Assembly: GCF_009914755.1 (NCBI RefSeq)
Contig: NC_060928.1
From: the human T2T-CHM13v2.0 reference genome, Homo sapiens
Strand: one strand, 5' to 3'
Length of the DNA: 64,000 nt
The position numbers and the translations under genes are program-made. A model generated the notes under the pieces. That model worked only from the letters and a program-made list of their open reading frames with translations. It had not been told where the DNA came from and searched no databases. Below, in pieces: positions 25,089 through 43,059 of this stretch (position 1 is the first letter of the stretch; each line of letters begins with the position of its first letter).

Positions 25089-26497
25089 CCAAAATCAAAT
25101 TTCACCATGTCACTTTGATAATATAATATTTTCAGATAAAATTATTCTCATTCTTACACAATATTTGCAACTTCTTATAAGGATTTTCATATAGACACAT
25201 GTGGCCTTCAAGGTTTTTTTTGGCTTTCACATAGGAAGATAGCAATGGTGAACTAACGGTCCCAAGAGGGAACTCTTTTGAGTTAGTTGTGCTTCGTGTC
25301 TTACACCTGCCACTGTCCTCTGGAAGCATAATAAGCTTTATAAGAGAACATCCTATGGATATAAAAATATCAACATTAAGAAAAAACCCTTTCATCTGAC
25401 TCACTATAGAAATAATCTCAATAACTTATATTCTTCAAATACCCATACTTTTTGAATGTATATAATGGCTGAGACTCCATTGAGCACCGGGGTCCCCTAC
25501 CCCAGCACTTTTAATCTAAACACAGTGAAACTCTTTGATGTCTAAGGAAAAAAAAAATTGAAAATATTTTTGTCTTCACTGCATTTAAAAATTACAGTCA
25601 CAGAGTGTTTTTAAAAATATTTCCATTGGACAATATTTTGGTGCCAGACAGGAACCTAAATTTTGTTTCATCGTGTTGGGGAACATTTAGGATATCAGGA
25701 AGCACAGTGGAAAAATTTCTTTACAGAAGAATATATTCTCCATCTCCTGGTGAACAGTTTTTGTTTTCTTTTCCAGGGAGTAGTTTATGTACTAAGTTTA
25801 GGCCACACATGAAAGTAATATCTCCCTCAAGAGACTGCCTTTGGCTTATGCTGATTTTTTTGAGGCCAAGACTATGGTAATGATTTAAGGAGGAAAAGAA
25901 GCAAAATGGAACAGGAGGAAAAGATGGAAGAAAAGGGATTAGAGAAATGAACAGTTTTCCCAATAGAATTCAACACAGTTAAAGTATGTGTTGGGAAATC
26001 ATGAGGGTCAGATCTCAGAACCAAAGTCAATGAGATAGTGACTTCATTGGGTAATCCATACTGGGTATCATGTGGCCTGATTCACCAAAGGAATGTCAAA
26101 GATGCAACAATAATCGAAAATCAAGTTCAGTTCTCATTACACAATAACCAGAAGTCTACTGGGGTGCGTGCCATTGCTTTCGGTGGCTCCTCCAAGGCCA
26201 GCTGTGCATATCTTCAGTAGCTTGGAAGCTGGCCAGTGCAGTAAGCACCATGCTGGACTTGGGAAACTAATCTCCTGTATTATTGCTTTTTCACAGGTGG
26301 GACATCTGCCCTTTTCTTTTATCAAAGTCTTCCTAATGACATATTAAAGGCTCCCCAAACTCAACACAACATTGGATTATTACAGTTGAATGAAAAGATA
26401 AAAGCAAAAAAGAAACATGAGTAATGAGTAAGCAGGATATTTAGTCTAAGGACCTGGTGCACATGCAACAGATTTACCATTTTTGACAGCCAGACTG

Positions 26498-26612
26498 AAA
26501 GGGAGGGAGAGAGGAAGGAAGGAAAGAGGAAAGGAAGGGAGGGAGGGAAGCAGGGAAGAGGAGGGAGGTAGGGAAAAGGAGAGAAGAGAGAGAGCAAAAT
26601 CGGAGGGAAAGC
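26498..26612. repeat. GA-rich low-complexity polypurine tract
   Basis: Mosaic of (GGAA), (GGGA) and (GA) units. Confidence 0.85.
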
Positions 26613-27326
26613 AAACAAACTCAGGATTTTAAAAATTGTCAGTTTGTCAAAGGAAGTTTACTTCTAAATCTCCTATAATGAATCTGATAATCCTATATAG
26701 TAGTTTAAAACATAAAACCAGCAGCATGGCCAAATGAAAAGATAATATGTTCTGGTGCTTATAAGCCTGGATTATAATTCTATCACCACTAAATATGTGA
26801 TTTTCTAAATGTGGCAACTGTGTGACTCTCAGTTTCCTCATGTATAAAATGGAAATACTAAATATGACCTCACGAAGTATTTACTTATTCAAAAATAATT
26901 AGAGACCTTACTATGGCCTGGCTCTGGGTTCGGTGGTACAGTTAAAACAGAGAAAAGATGCACAGAGCCTTTACAATGGAGCTTACATACAAACAGAGGA
27001 GACAGGAGACAAGGAAAACAAGAAATATGTCACATATTTACATACTGAGATTAGTCCTATGAAAGACATAGTCAGGTCCTATAAGAGGAAATAATTATGA
27101 TGAAGAATGAGGTGAGATATGAATAGCACAGGCTATGACACATATTAAGCCCTCAAGAAATATGAATTTCTTCACTTTATAATTTAACCACTCTATAAAA
27201 TTCAAATATTTTTAAAATATTTAATATTTAAATATTTTAAACTTTAAAAATTTTTTTTTGGCTGAGCAGAAAACTCTTGCAGACTTGCCAAAAAAAAGGC
27301 AATTTAAAATTAACAATACCTAATTA

Positions 27327-27668
<342 letters not shown>

Positions 27669-28110
27669 TAGAACATCAGGGACCATGATCATTTAAGCCA
27701 GTCCCAGCAGTGTAAGTATGCTGAAGTCAAAAGCTGAATGGCAAACATTTGTGACTACATCTAAAAGGAAGGTGGAACAATAAAGAATTGGGACGTGCAG
27801 TGCAAGCCAAGACAAGAACACTTTCTGGGCTCTCTGTAAATGAAATCTTCATATCCCTCTATGGCGCTATTTTCTTTTCCTGGAGAAAATCATGAGAACT
27901 GGAATTGTCCAGGAAATGTGGAAGCTGCTGGCTTCTAAACATTTGAAAACTCACTTTCTTTATTCATATATGAAATAAGCATATGCTACTTACCTTAAAT
28001 AGCTAAATATTAAAATATACAATTTTTGAAAATAAAAGCAAGATAACTATATAATAGGAAATTTCAAAAATTAAGAAGAGCAATAATATTTTTTTTTTTT
28101 TTAAAACCCT

Positions 28111-28383
28111 CTCACCTGTAATCCCAGCACTTTGGGAGGCCAAGGTGGGCAGATCACAAGGTCAGGAGATGGGAACCAGCCTGGCCAACAAGGTGAAACC
28201 CCGTCTCTACTAAAAATATAAAAAAAAACTAGCCGGGCATGGGGTGTATGCCTCTAGTCCCGGCTACTCGGGAGGCTGAGGCAGGAGAATGGCATGAACC
28301 CGAGAGGTGGAGGCTGCAGAGAGTCGAGATCATTCCAGCCTGGGAGACAGAGCGAGACTCTGTCTCAAAAAACAAAAAAAAAA
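28111..28383 (+). mobile_element. 5'-truncated Alu
   Basis: Begins at ctcacctgtaatccc. TSD aaaaccctctcac at 28103-28115 and 28380-28392. Confidence 0.9.
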
Positions 28384-28658
28384 CCCTCTCACTTTGCTGA
28401 CACAACTATTGTTTGGCACCAGTGTACTTTTATGAGCATGTATTTGATAAGTTTATTTCATGTGCATAACATTTTTTAATCTTTTTTTTTTTACTTAATC
28501 CCACATCATAAGCCCTTTCCATGTTATGTCAATCTTCATATTCATGATCTTTAATCATATTTGGTTAAGTAGATGTTTCATTTTAGAATAATTACAAAAT
28601 CCATGATCCTGATTTTACTGTTGAACATTTTGGTTGCCCACACATTTTGGCTACTATT

Positions 28659-30111
<1,453 letters not shown>

Positions 30112-32088
30112 CACACATTTTGGCTACTATTAACATGAGGAACATTTTCGTGCAGATAGGGTTTTTGTTTTCTTTTTTCATAATAGGGATTGTTTCCTTG
30201 GGATGAAGTTTCAGAAATACAACTCCTGGGCTAAGAGGAGTCGAAAATCCATTTTGTGGAAATTGACATATACTGCCTAATTGCTTTCCAAAATATATAT
30301 ACTAATTCATAATGACTATTATGTATTGAAATATATAATACTTTGAGTCTCCATACCTATGTCACCACTGGATAATTTCATTAATTTTCAAATTTCTGTT
30401 AACAGATGAACGATGTTACCTTAATTTAACTCACGTTTTCTTCCTTCCTAATTAGGTTGAACATTTTTTATTTAATAGTTACATTTCCTCTTTCATAAGC
30501 TCAGTTTATGTATTTTGTATGGATGAGTTTTGAGAGAGTCAAACAATGAGAAATCTGTTATTTTGAAATTTGGTCTTGTGGTTACTATTATCATTGATGT
30601 TTTCTTTCTCATGTAAAATGTAACTCAGTCATATCACAGGGATCCCAGATTTTAGAACTCTGTTCTCCCTGTAATTATAGAATCAATATGGGTCCCCCAA
30701 ATCTGGTGGCTAACAGTGATTTCACCACTTCTGTCCTTTCTAAGGTCTGTAACACAGACTCACCCACATTCTTAGCTTGCAGAACCTTCTGCAAGTTTTC
30801 TGTTTTCTTTCTGAAACCTTTTGAAGGCTCTGAGATGACAACACCATGACCACTATGCATCTCCACTCTCACCAAGATGTCTTATTACTCAATCATAAAT
30901 TTCGCAATCAGCACTACAGCTGCCAAGCTATTCCTTGCCCAGATGTGTTAAATCAGTTGCATAACTCTACAGGGGGCCCACATAAAACTTTATACTGCTC
31001 CGCACCACCCCATTCCAACCTCCAACATGAGTTGCCCTGACTCTGCAGCACAGTGTGGGATTTAATGGCTTATTCCATTCCTCCACTGTGTTCTGGGCTG
31101 GTCCCTGAAATCAGGTTTTATCAGGTTGAGACTTTTCTCTGAGGACAGATTTACCATTATTCCTTCAGTTTCCAGATGGGATCACTATACTGTTATACAC
31201 ACAATCTGGCCTATTTCAGAACCTCTGATACTGATAATGTGTGTGTGCATGTGTATGTGTGTGTGGGGGAGGGGCGCATGTGCATGGGTGTTTGGTGGTT
31301 GTCAGGAGGGGAGGCATGGTGGAGGGAGAGAAACCAAGACCTTGGCCTCTTACCTCAGAATAAATGAGCACTTCAAACACCTTTCAAATCCTGAATGTAA
31401 CTTTGGCTGCTAATCTTCCTTTAAAATCACTCTAGGATTTGGAAATACCTCTAGAAATAACCTCCATGATGGGCATCATGAGAATGTACAGATCCATTAG
31501 ACCAGAGATTTCCAAAAGGACAAAACTCATGTTCATCCTTTGAGCTGGCTCCTCCACCTGGTGTGTATTTACTCAAAAATAATAACACAATCGCTGCAGA
31601 TCTTCTTTAATAAGTGCCCCCTGGGATTTTGGCTTAATAATATAACATTTCAGATTGCTAGATATTTAAGGTTTATCTCTGAAGCACAACAAAATGTATC
31701 CTTTGGGATATTGTAGCTTCATCTGTTTGTGTGGTCTACTGATAATCAATGTTCCTCTACTCATTGTAGCAATAATTTACATACTTTGAGATGCTATCAT
31801 ATCTTTCCTGGCTGCTTTCCTTAGAGGCTGAAAACACTGCATTTAATATCTACTCATAGATCATATCTTCAGGTCTCTATTATTTTGCCAAATTCTACTA
31901 ATTTCACTATTTCTGTCTACTAATTTTTTGGCATTTCACTAGTTGGATTCTACTAATTTCTCAATGTCATTTCCATGACACAAGGCCACAACTAAAAATA
32001 ACAGTTTAATAAATAGAAAAACAAAAACAATGTCCTTTTGCCCAGACTCTAATCATTCAACCCACAAAAAGATGTAGATTATTTAGGC

Positions 32089-32424
32089 CAGTGGTCCCCA
32101 ACCTTTTTGGCACCAGGGACCAGTTTCGTGGAAGACAATTTTTTGACAAGGGTGGGTGGCTGTGGTTTTCGGATCAAACTGTTCCACCTCAGATCATCAG
32201 GCATTAGATTCTCGTAAGGAGCATGCAACCTAGATCCCTCACATGTGCAGTTCCACAGTAGGATTCCCGCTCCCATAAGAATCTAATGCCACCACTGATG
32301 TGACAGGAGGTGGGGCTCAGGTAGTAATGTTCACTCACCCACTGATTGCCTTCTGCTGTGCAGCCCAGTTCCTAACAGGCCAAGGAGCAGGACTGGTCAG
32401 TGGCCCAAGGACTGGGGACCCTTG
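32089..32424 (+). mobile_element. MER1B-like hAT/Charlie DNA transposon
   Basis: Termini cagtggtcccca / tggggacccttg. 8-bp TSD atttaggc / attcaggc. Confidence 0.85.
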
Positions 32425-34000
32425 ATTCAGGCAGACTCAATGTTTGTGTTGCTGTTTGGACTAGTTGAGAAATAAATCAAAATGGCACCAGAAAAAATAA
32501 ACAATTCTAGTCCCCCCACCTGAGAGTATTATTGGCTTTCTTTGCTTTGAAGAAAGAATAAGCAACTACTCTTAAAAATTCCCATTGTCGTAGAAAATGA
32601 AATGTACAACATTCATTCATATGCCAAATTATATGAAATGTTAAACAGGGTTAGCTAATGTATATAATCCAAAGAGTTCTCCCAAGCTCCTTAAACAGTA
32701 TGAAATTTATATAGGCAGTTGGATTCCTGATGATGTGACTTAGTTTAAGTAATGAAATTAACATACTATCCGAAGGGAGTTCTGTGTATTATTCTCATTA
32801 ATTATGAGAATATGATTAAATGATTTACTCATTTATAATAGTGCCACCATTTAGGCATTCAATGGAATCATACAGCTAAGAAAATCATAGATGTTTCATT
32901 TAAGAAAACTAAGCTTGTTTTAGCAAATTTTTAGTTACTAGAGTGCCATTGATACCACTCAGACACCAGAAAAGCATAAAGTTTCTTAATAAGATTGTAA
33001 GAAGTATGCGCATGACTTAAGAATTGGTAACATAAACTCACACATTTGTACACAAAATAGGTCCCCCAAAACACAATGCTAAAGTTAGGTGAGCTCTGTA
33101 TTGCATGTATCCCTAACAAAGAAGCAAAACAACAAAGAAAAGGTAATTTCACCAAAATAGGTTATTAAGTTTCTCAGTAACACAAGTCCTCTAAAAGCAG
33201 ATAATATTCCCCAGATGACATCATCTCACAGTTTTATGATGAGAATATGACAGTTAAGTACCAATTCAAAATCCAGGAAACATCAGCATTTTCTGAGTTG
33301 CTAGAATCTATGGTGGAAGTTTTAACACCAGAACAGAATATCACTGTTAGTCTCATTATTTTGTTCTTTTAAATAATTTTCAAGTGATATGTAGGCACTT
33401 TCTTTCCTATTATAATAAAATAATTACTAAATTAGTTATCTAAATACATATACTTTAAAATTGGAAGTGTTTTATTAATAGAGCTAGATGTATATACAAA
33501 CAGAGAAGAAATTTTAAGTTATTCTATATACTTGGAATTAAAGACAAGACATGACTAGAGTCACGTTTGAAGGGGGAAATGATCATAAGAATTGCTATTA
33601 TGTGATATGAATAAAATAGAATGACAAAATAGATGAAATATCAAAGTATATTAAAACTTTATTTTTTAACCTATTAGATCTTCTCACAAAATTTTGGGAG
33701 AGTACACACTTTTAGATTATACTTTCTTTCTCAAAGACATCTATTAACATTGAAAAAATGTAGCCCCAAAGGAAAAAAGTTAACACAATATGTAATAAAA
33801 ATATATTAAGAATTTTATGCCTTTCACTTCCTGTGTATATTTTACCCACCATATAGTCCACACAGACTTAGCCAAATTAACAATCTATACGATCTTATGT
33901 ATGCACTTAAAAGCCCACATAAATACCAAAACATCGAGTGTTTCCTGAGAATTCTAACTGACAATGCATATTTCAAATGTTTAAGCATTAACAATAAATA

Positions 34001-34337
34001 CAGTCAACCCTCAGTATCCATGCATTCTGTATCGCAGATTCAACCAACCACAGATAGAAAATATTTGGGAAAAAAATTGCATCTGTAGTGAACATGTGCA
34101 GACTTTTCTTTTTTATCATTATTCCCTAAACAGTATAGTATAACAATTATTTACATAGCACTTATGTTGTATTAGGTATTATAAGTAATCTAGAGATGAT
34201 TTAATGTGTAAGGGAGAATATGCATAGCTTATATGCAAATATTACTCCATTTTGTATCAGAAACTTGAGCATCCATGGATTTTGGTATCCATGGGAGGTC
34301 CTGGAACCTGTTTCCCACTGACACCAAGGAACAACTA
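34001..34337 (+). mobile_element. Tigger3a-like DNA transposon
   Basis: TA-cagtcaaccctcagtatcc ... acaccaaggaacaacta-TA. Confidence 0.8.
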
Positions 34338-34650
34338 TATATCTACACTCATCAGAATTCTGAAGGGTCATATGAATATGATTTTTTAGGTGTTTTAAAC
34401 TATATCAGCAATATCTGCTTTGTGCTTCACAGTAAAATTAACTCTCTCTTTAAGAGGGAATTTGTTCTTTGTCCCACTTTCAACTTTTATTAACCCTAGT
34501 AGCTTATTAATGTATTAATCAATTTATCACTTATCGAGTGCTTTTTATGTGCTAACCCTGGTGTTCTGCTGATTCCTGAGACAACAATGAAGAACACTTT
34601 GCATGTGATTCCTAATAAGAATATCTGCTACACTAGTAAGTACAGTAGAG

Positions 34651-35169
34651 CAGTGGTCCCAACCTTTTTGGTACCAGAGACTGGTTTTGTAGAAGAGAAT
34701 TTTTCCATGGACCCAGTGGCCAGGGGTGGTTTGGGGATGATTCAAAAACATTACATTTATTGTGCACTTTATTATATGGTGATAGATAACAAAATAATTA
34801 TACAACTCGCCATAATGTAGAATCAGTGGGAGCCCTAAGCTTGTTTTCCTGCAACTAGATGGTCCCATCTGGGGGTGATGGGAAACAGTGACAGATCATC
34901 AGGCATTAGATTCTCATAAGGAACGCACAACCTAGATCCCTCACATGCACAGTTCACAATAGGATTCATGCTCCTATGAGAATCTAATGCCATTGCTGAT
35001 TTGACAGGAGGTGGCGCTCAGGCAGTAATGCAAGCAATGGAGAGTGGCTACAAATACAGATTAGGCTTCACTGGCTTGCCTGCCTGCTGCTCACCTCCTT
35101 TGCTGTGAGGCCCAGTTTCTAAGAGGCCATGGACCGATACCCGAACTTTGAAGGGACTGGGGACCTCTG
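34651..35169 (+). mobile_element. MER1A-like hAT/Charlie DNA transposon
   Basis: Termini cagtggtccc / ggggacctctg. 8-bp TSD cagtagag / cagtaaag. It shares internal sequence with the element at 32089. Confidence 0.85.
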
Positions 35170-38100
35170 CAGTAAAGGGTCCTGCAATGATTGCTCTTGC
35201 TGTGTTTAAAGCAAATCATCAGAAAAGCTAATTGGCACAACACCAAACAATAAGTAAAGGGTTTGATAAGTGACCACCATGGGCTAAATGAAAATGGAAA
35301 ACCAAAGCAGGACGCATTAAAGTCATACAAAGGAAAATTTTTAAAAACAATAAACTTTTAGAATGGAAACAGTAGAAAATGAGAGATTGTGGAATCCATA
35401 TCTATACAGCAATACTTAAGCACAAGACCAAGCACTGCTCTAGGGAACATGGGATAAACTATCAGCTTGTGGAATTTCTTTCAGATCTCTATTTCCATAA
35501 TGCTAATAAAAACAAAACTAGCCTTCCATCTATTGCCTCTTCCCACCACCACCCCCCCGCCCCCAACACTCCTGCTAAGGAACAAAAGCGGCAACATTAT
35601 TTTAAACATTACTTTCTTCAGCTAACACTGACAGTCACTATTCTGTCTAGCAGGTACTAGGCCTAAAGGCAGACTAAAAATTTTAAATAGCTATGAGTGT
35701 GTATTAGAAGCCCAATGAACACCAGCTTCAAACATTTTAGCCCCAGAGCAATGGGCAGCCATGGATACATGATGTCAACCGTCTGAAGGGTAAGAATGAA
35801 ACTATTTTAAAATGGAAACAGACAGAAAGGCAAACACCCTCAAGCATTTTCAAGCTATGTCATAATAGATGGTGTTGAAAGCTGTACTAAGATCAAGTGC
35901 CGAAGGATAAGACTGCAGGAGAAAGTAAAATTTCTCCACAATGTGAGGAGGTCATTTATAACTCTGACAAGGGTCATCTCCCTACTCGCTGCTTTTTGGG
36001 TGACAGAAATGTTCACATTCAGAGTAGTTTGAAATATAGGTATTCAATTCTTTGGCCATCACCCATAAAGGATAATTTTGGGGATGGAGAGAGGATAGAA
36101 GTGGTCTGTTCGTAGTAGTAGGGGTGTTTTCTTATCTTTTCTCGGCTGCTCTTACAATGTCACCCATTATCCGGGTCTGTCCAGATAGCCTCTTGACTTG
36201 TTTGTCTTTTAAGAAGATTTTTGCAGTGCCTGGGTTTCTCTATTAAACTCTAATTTTCTGCTAATTTTCCTATAACTTCCTAAACTCAAAACAACACTGG
36301 AATAACATCACCCATAACTCATTTCCTAGAATGTGTTGAAGGTTTTTGTTTTGCTTTGCTTTTTAAATAAGAGTCAGGGATCTTGGTTCTATTTAAAAGT
36401 AGCCTCCGATACTTATGATGCTCCCTCTGAGTATTTACCACAGTGTAATTAAGTTAACCATGTGAATTTCAGCAGTACTTTATATAATTTTTGAGGTTAT
36501 CTATCATAAATCGCCAGATACTCTCAAGTCTGCATTTTTCTTTAAACTAAATAAAATAAATGACATATAGCATTTGCATCACCAAAACTGTCATGCAGGC
36601 TTTTCTCAAAAAATAAAAGTTTAGAAAAGCATGTTTAAACAATATTTACCATAAAGCTGCTTTTCACAGCTCTTTCTGGCATCAGATTAAGAATACACAT
36701 TTATTAAAATGGAATATAGAAAAAAAGACACTATTTACACAAAAGCCCATCCAAATGTTTAAATAGGTCTTATAATATGCAGGAAAGTTATTTCTAGGTG
36801 AAATGTTAAAATCCATAGGGGAAAAACTAGATGAATTGCAAGGCAGAAATCTAGCATGGACTGTGTTGTGACAGAAGTAGCAACACTGTGAAGTGCCTGC
36901 AAATCCGCAGCCTGGGCAGACTTCCTACTTGCCCTTGTAATCCTGAACACCTCCCTGGTATGATTAGCAGCTACAGCACACTGGCTTCCAAAGATGCATT
37001 TCTGAATGTGAGTTCTGGGGAAAGAGTAGCCTAGAGAGCCTTTGAATCCTGATATTTGTTTCTGCTTACTACATGGAATGCCAAGTGCAAAAGGCAAGGA
37101 AAAAAAATCCATGTTTTCACTGGCAAGCCTACAGAGTCTTGTGGTCAGAAGAATCTTACAATTTCTGCTGATGCTTCTGGAAACAGATTGATGATCTAGG
37201 TTACTGTGCTTTTTCAGAAGGGGAGTGAAAGAATGGTGTTAAATAAGACAGATCATTCTGAAATACAGTTTCATAATAATCCCAAGATTCAGACTGAACT
37301 AAAGTAAAGCTTCACCAATCTTTTAGGTGAATTTTTTTTCTCCCCAAGATTTCCATTTGTTTTCAGTGTCCAGACAGATTTCCAGCTGGACAGCTGAATG
37401 CTCTCATTGTTCTATTGAAGAATATTCTACACTATTTACCATTAATCAATCCAGTTTAACTGTGTAGCATAGTGTTTAGTATTAACTGAAAATTTTTTAT
37501 AGCCATTTGAGCAATCCTTCTGAATTGAGTCATACATTCGTTTATTCAACAACAAAAAATGTTGTCATTTTATGGGCTAGGTACTGTGCTAAGTCCTGAG
37601 ATGAAAAGCTGAAAAATAACACATCGCCCTTATCCAGGTGAGGATTTCAGTATGTACACAGAGATATACAAACACCTATAATAAGAGCTAGAATAAATTC
37701 AAGCTCAGATAGCTAAAAAGTGCACACAATAAAAGGAGCTAATTCTGGCTTATAGGAGGCAGCAGCTGAGAAAATTGAATCTCTTCACTGCAAAACTTAA
37801 GAAAAAAAAATCTATCCATTTAGAGTAGTTTTCCAGCATTCTGGAGCTGATAAGCACATTTTTGTGTCACAGGCTTCCAGTCTTCCTGAAAAGTCTTATT
37901 TATTTACATTTCTAAGAGTTCAAGTGAGTTAAAACTGGTGCTGTTTTGAGAAATTCATCATATCTACTGAAATAATTAGAGACTACAGGGGCAATATGGA
38001 ATAGCAACCATTGATACGTAATTTAAACTCAGATTACAAAAGTAATGGAAACAGGAAGTGAGTCAATGGCTTTCTTTCCAGTCAGTATAGAGGTGTTTAT

Positions 38101-38219
38101 ACTAATATCAGTTGAGTGCTTTACTCAAGGAATTGGGCTGTGCCAACTTCTGTTTGCAAACTGTCATCACCAAATTGAGCTGTCGTTATCATTACCCCCA
38201 CCACACACCACCATTAACA

Positions 38220-38450
38220 ACACGTAGCATAAGCCATGTGCCAGGTACTGTGCTATTATAGATATTAATCACTCTTGTAATCCTTACCTCAATTTATATG
38301 ATAGGTACTCCTGTTATTCCCATTTTATAGATAAGAAAACTGAGGCATAGTGAAGTTAAATAATTTCTTAACTAATTATTAAGTAGTAGAGTTAGGAAGT
38401 CTGGCTCTAGAGTCTTTGGTCTTAACCGTTATACTAAACTGTTTCTCCAT
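38220..38450 (-). mobile_element. MIR SINE
   Basis: tgtgccaggtactgtgct...cccattttatagataagaaaactgaggcatag. Confidence 0.8.
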
Positions 38451-39589
38451 GGATTTTAAAAATATAATAATAATAAATACAGTAATACAATATTTACCTA
38501 AGAAGGTTAATCCTAATAGAAAAAAATATTAAATTACATAAGAAGCAAGGGATAAATCACCTGTAGGACTCCGTAAGTCTGTGATACCCTTACCCAAAGT
38601 GTTCTACTGTAAAAATTGACAAGTTCTTTTCCAACAACTCCTCTATTTTTCTCACCTAAATAACCCAACATATAGGATTAATTTTAAAATACATAATTCA
38701 CTAATTACCTTAAGAACAATGATGAGCAGTGATATTTTTTATGTAATTATCAAAAGATGTTGAACCCGGGGTTCTAATGAGTATTACATGGGAGCCCTCT
38801 GTTTTTTATGTTATTTAGATATATCAGACTTAAACGGCTTCCTATTTATTACTATTCTTTCACAATTGTACATAATTAGATTTTGCCACCTAAATTTTAT
38901 GAAAATTTTCTAGATATATTCCTTCCTTTCCACCCTCAGTGAAACTGTTCTATTTTCAGCTATCTCCCACTTCAGTTGTTGCAATCAACTCTCTTAAATT
39001 ACTGAGCTCATATGATACGCCAAGCATTGTGCTAGATGCATAATATACTTATCTAATTTGATCCTCATAAAAGTTCTGGGAAGAGTAGTAGTATCCACAT
39101 TGAACAGGTAACAAAAAGTTTCAGAGAATAAATAACCTGCGCAAGGTCACATTGCTGGCGAGTAGGGTCACTGGGAGAATTCAGAAGCATTTCATGCATG
39201 GTCAATATTTCCCCCAAGATACCATCATAATTTACTGTGCATCTCCTCTGCCTCACACGTATGAATTGATTAATGTATGTTTTATGCTTGACCGGAACAA
39301 TGTACAAGGTCTTTCCAATCTAATATACCATCATGGCTCAGCTTTCAATACTCTATCACCCACTACAGTTTTTTACCTCATATCAAAAAAAGTGCTCTAG
39401 ATCATCTATTCAGAAAAAAGGGCAAGGGATATACAAAAATTATAGAAAATATCTTTAGATTAGATAGAATATTAATTCCAGTTGCTTTCATTTTTTACAG
39501 TTGAAATATTTAATAAACATTAGTAATGAACCCAAACTGATCTAACTAAACTATACTATTTTTTCGGAAACTGATATTTTGGTGTGTTT

Positions 39590-40870
<1,281 letters not shown>

Positions 40871-40871
40871 C

Positions 40872-41010
40872 TTTTTTTCTTTTTTAAAAAACTTTTATTT
40901 TAGGTTCGTGGTTACATTTGCAGGTTTGTTATATAGGTAAACTACTGGCATGGGGGTTTGTTGTACAGATTATTTCATCACCCAGGTACTAAGCCTAATA
41001 CCCAATAGTT
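40872..41010 (-). mobile_element. Short L1PA 3'-end fragment
   Basis: acttttattttaggttc...gcaggtttgttatataggtaaac...cccaatagtt. Confidence 0.8.
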
Positions 41011-41561
41011 AATAGAAACTGATATTTTGAACAAAATAATGCTCCTTTTTCCTAAAAAGAATCTCATTAAATATTATTAGATGAGAAATATAATATGATG
41101 AGAGAAGGATATTTATGAAAACTGTAGCATATAAAGTAAGTTTGATACAGCCATTTCTAAAATAAAACTTTGTAAAGGGCACAAGCAGCTTTAAAAATCT
41201 GATATTGTAATGAAAATTTAATAGGACTTCCAAACAAAGAAGCATTCATCTATTTCAGGACCTTCTGAGAAACAAATCTAAGTATTTGCCTAAGTCTGGT
41301 TTAAAAATGTCTGATATTTTTAACTCCATAATAGTGATCAATGTGATTTACTGATGTAAATTAGTTTGTTTAGTTGTTGTTTCTAAATATCAAAAAATGA
41401 TATTGTGAAAGGCTAAAAAAGGAAAGCCTAAAAAATGAAAAAAATTTCTAAAGGGAAGCATAACAATTTTATTACTCCATACATTCCAGACTGCTTTATT
41501 TCTTCTTTAACTGCTATTTAGTATGACCAAAATACATAAACACCAATAACTTTTACACTAA

Positions 41562-41881
<320 letters not shown>

Positions 41882-43059
41882 TAAATAAAATATTTTATAC
41901 ATACAAAACTACAGAGAGTAGGCAGGTTTCTGTAATAATCTTCCACAAAGAAAGATATAAAGTAAGAGAACAAAAAAGGAATAGCTTTTATCTCCCTAGT
42001 TTTTCATGTCAGTTTGCCTTTCATATTTTCACCTCTCTCTATCCTGCATTTTTATCTATCATAAAATAGAAAAACAACTTAAATTAAAAGAAAAAGACTA
42101 CATGTAGCATTTTGTTTTGTTTTAAGAAAAAGGAATAATCCACTACACAAGACTCATTTTGTGTCACAAACTCTACAAAGCTTTTTCCTGAGGACCTTGT
42201 CCTGAAGCAGAACTTAGAGCTTCCTCATTTTAAGTCCCCTTCCAATCATGCACATCTGTCTTAGAGAATAAAACAGATGACTGTATTAATTTGTCCCATC
42301 TGTTCTGACTGTGGGACTGGAAGTTCCTTGAGGGCAAAGGACACATATTGCCTTGGATTTCTCGGTAGACCGTACAGAATTTGAAAGGGACTTCCCTAAC
42401 TAACGTGTTGAAAGACAAAAATGAATAAATTATAGGTATGCCTTGCCTTAATTAAGGCCGCAGTATTAATACTATTCTCACAGTGTTGAAGTTTAAAAAC
42501 TAAAACTGTAATGAAGGAAGCTGCTTATAAGTTAGCTCTCAAAATGAAAAAAATCAGCAACATAAAGTAGAAAGAACACACTTTTCACTGCAAATTCACA
42601 AAATAGGATCATTGCTGGTAACCCAGATGACTGAAGCACGTTTATTTTCACATCACATACTTAATCTCTCTAACACTACAGGGGAGCCTAAGCTACTTTT
42701 TATATTACATTGAATTCCCTGAGAATTTATTCTTGTATGTTATTATACAAGCAATGCTATAGCAAGAACCACACATCAGGTTTTTATGCCCTATGTTTAA
42801 GCCCATATTCCATTGTATTCTGTGGGCCCAGCATGATTCATTTAGAATGCAAAATCAATCTCTCATTTTGTATAAATCAGTAGTTTTCACATCTGAGAGC
42901 TACCTGGTTAGTTTTCAGGTTGTGGCATTTCATTTTATGTTGTTTTCTGCAATATACTGTCTAGTACTCCTTTGTTTTTGTTTTTTCAAATGGCAACCTA
43001 AGTTACATTTTAATAAATGCCTTATTCTTTCTTGCATTTTAATTTTTATCCCTACAATT

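Noticed and set aside
32089-35169. Long similarity between 32089-32424 and 34651-35169
   Set aside because: These are two independent MER1-family insertions with different TSDs, not a local duplication.
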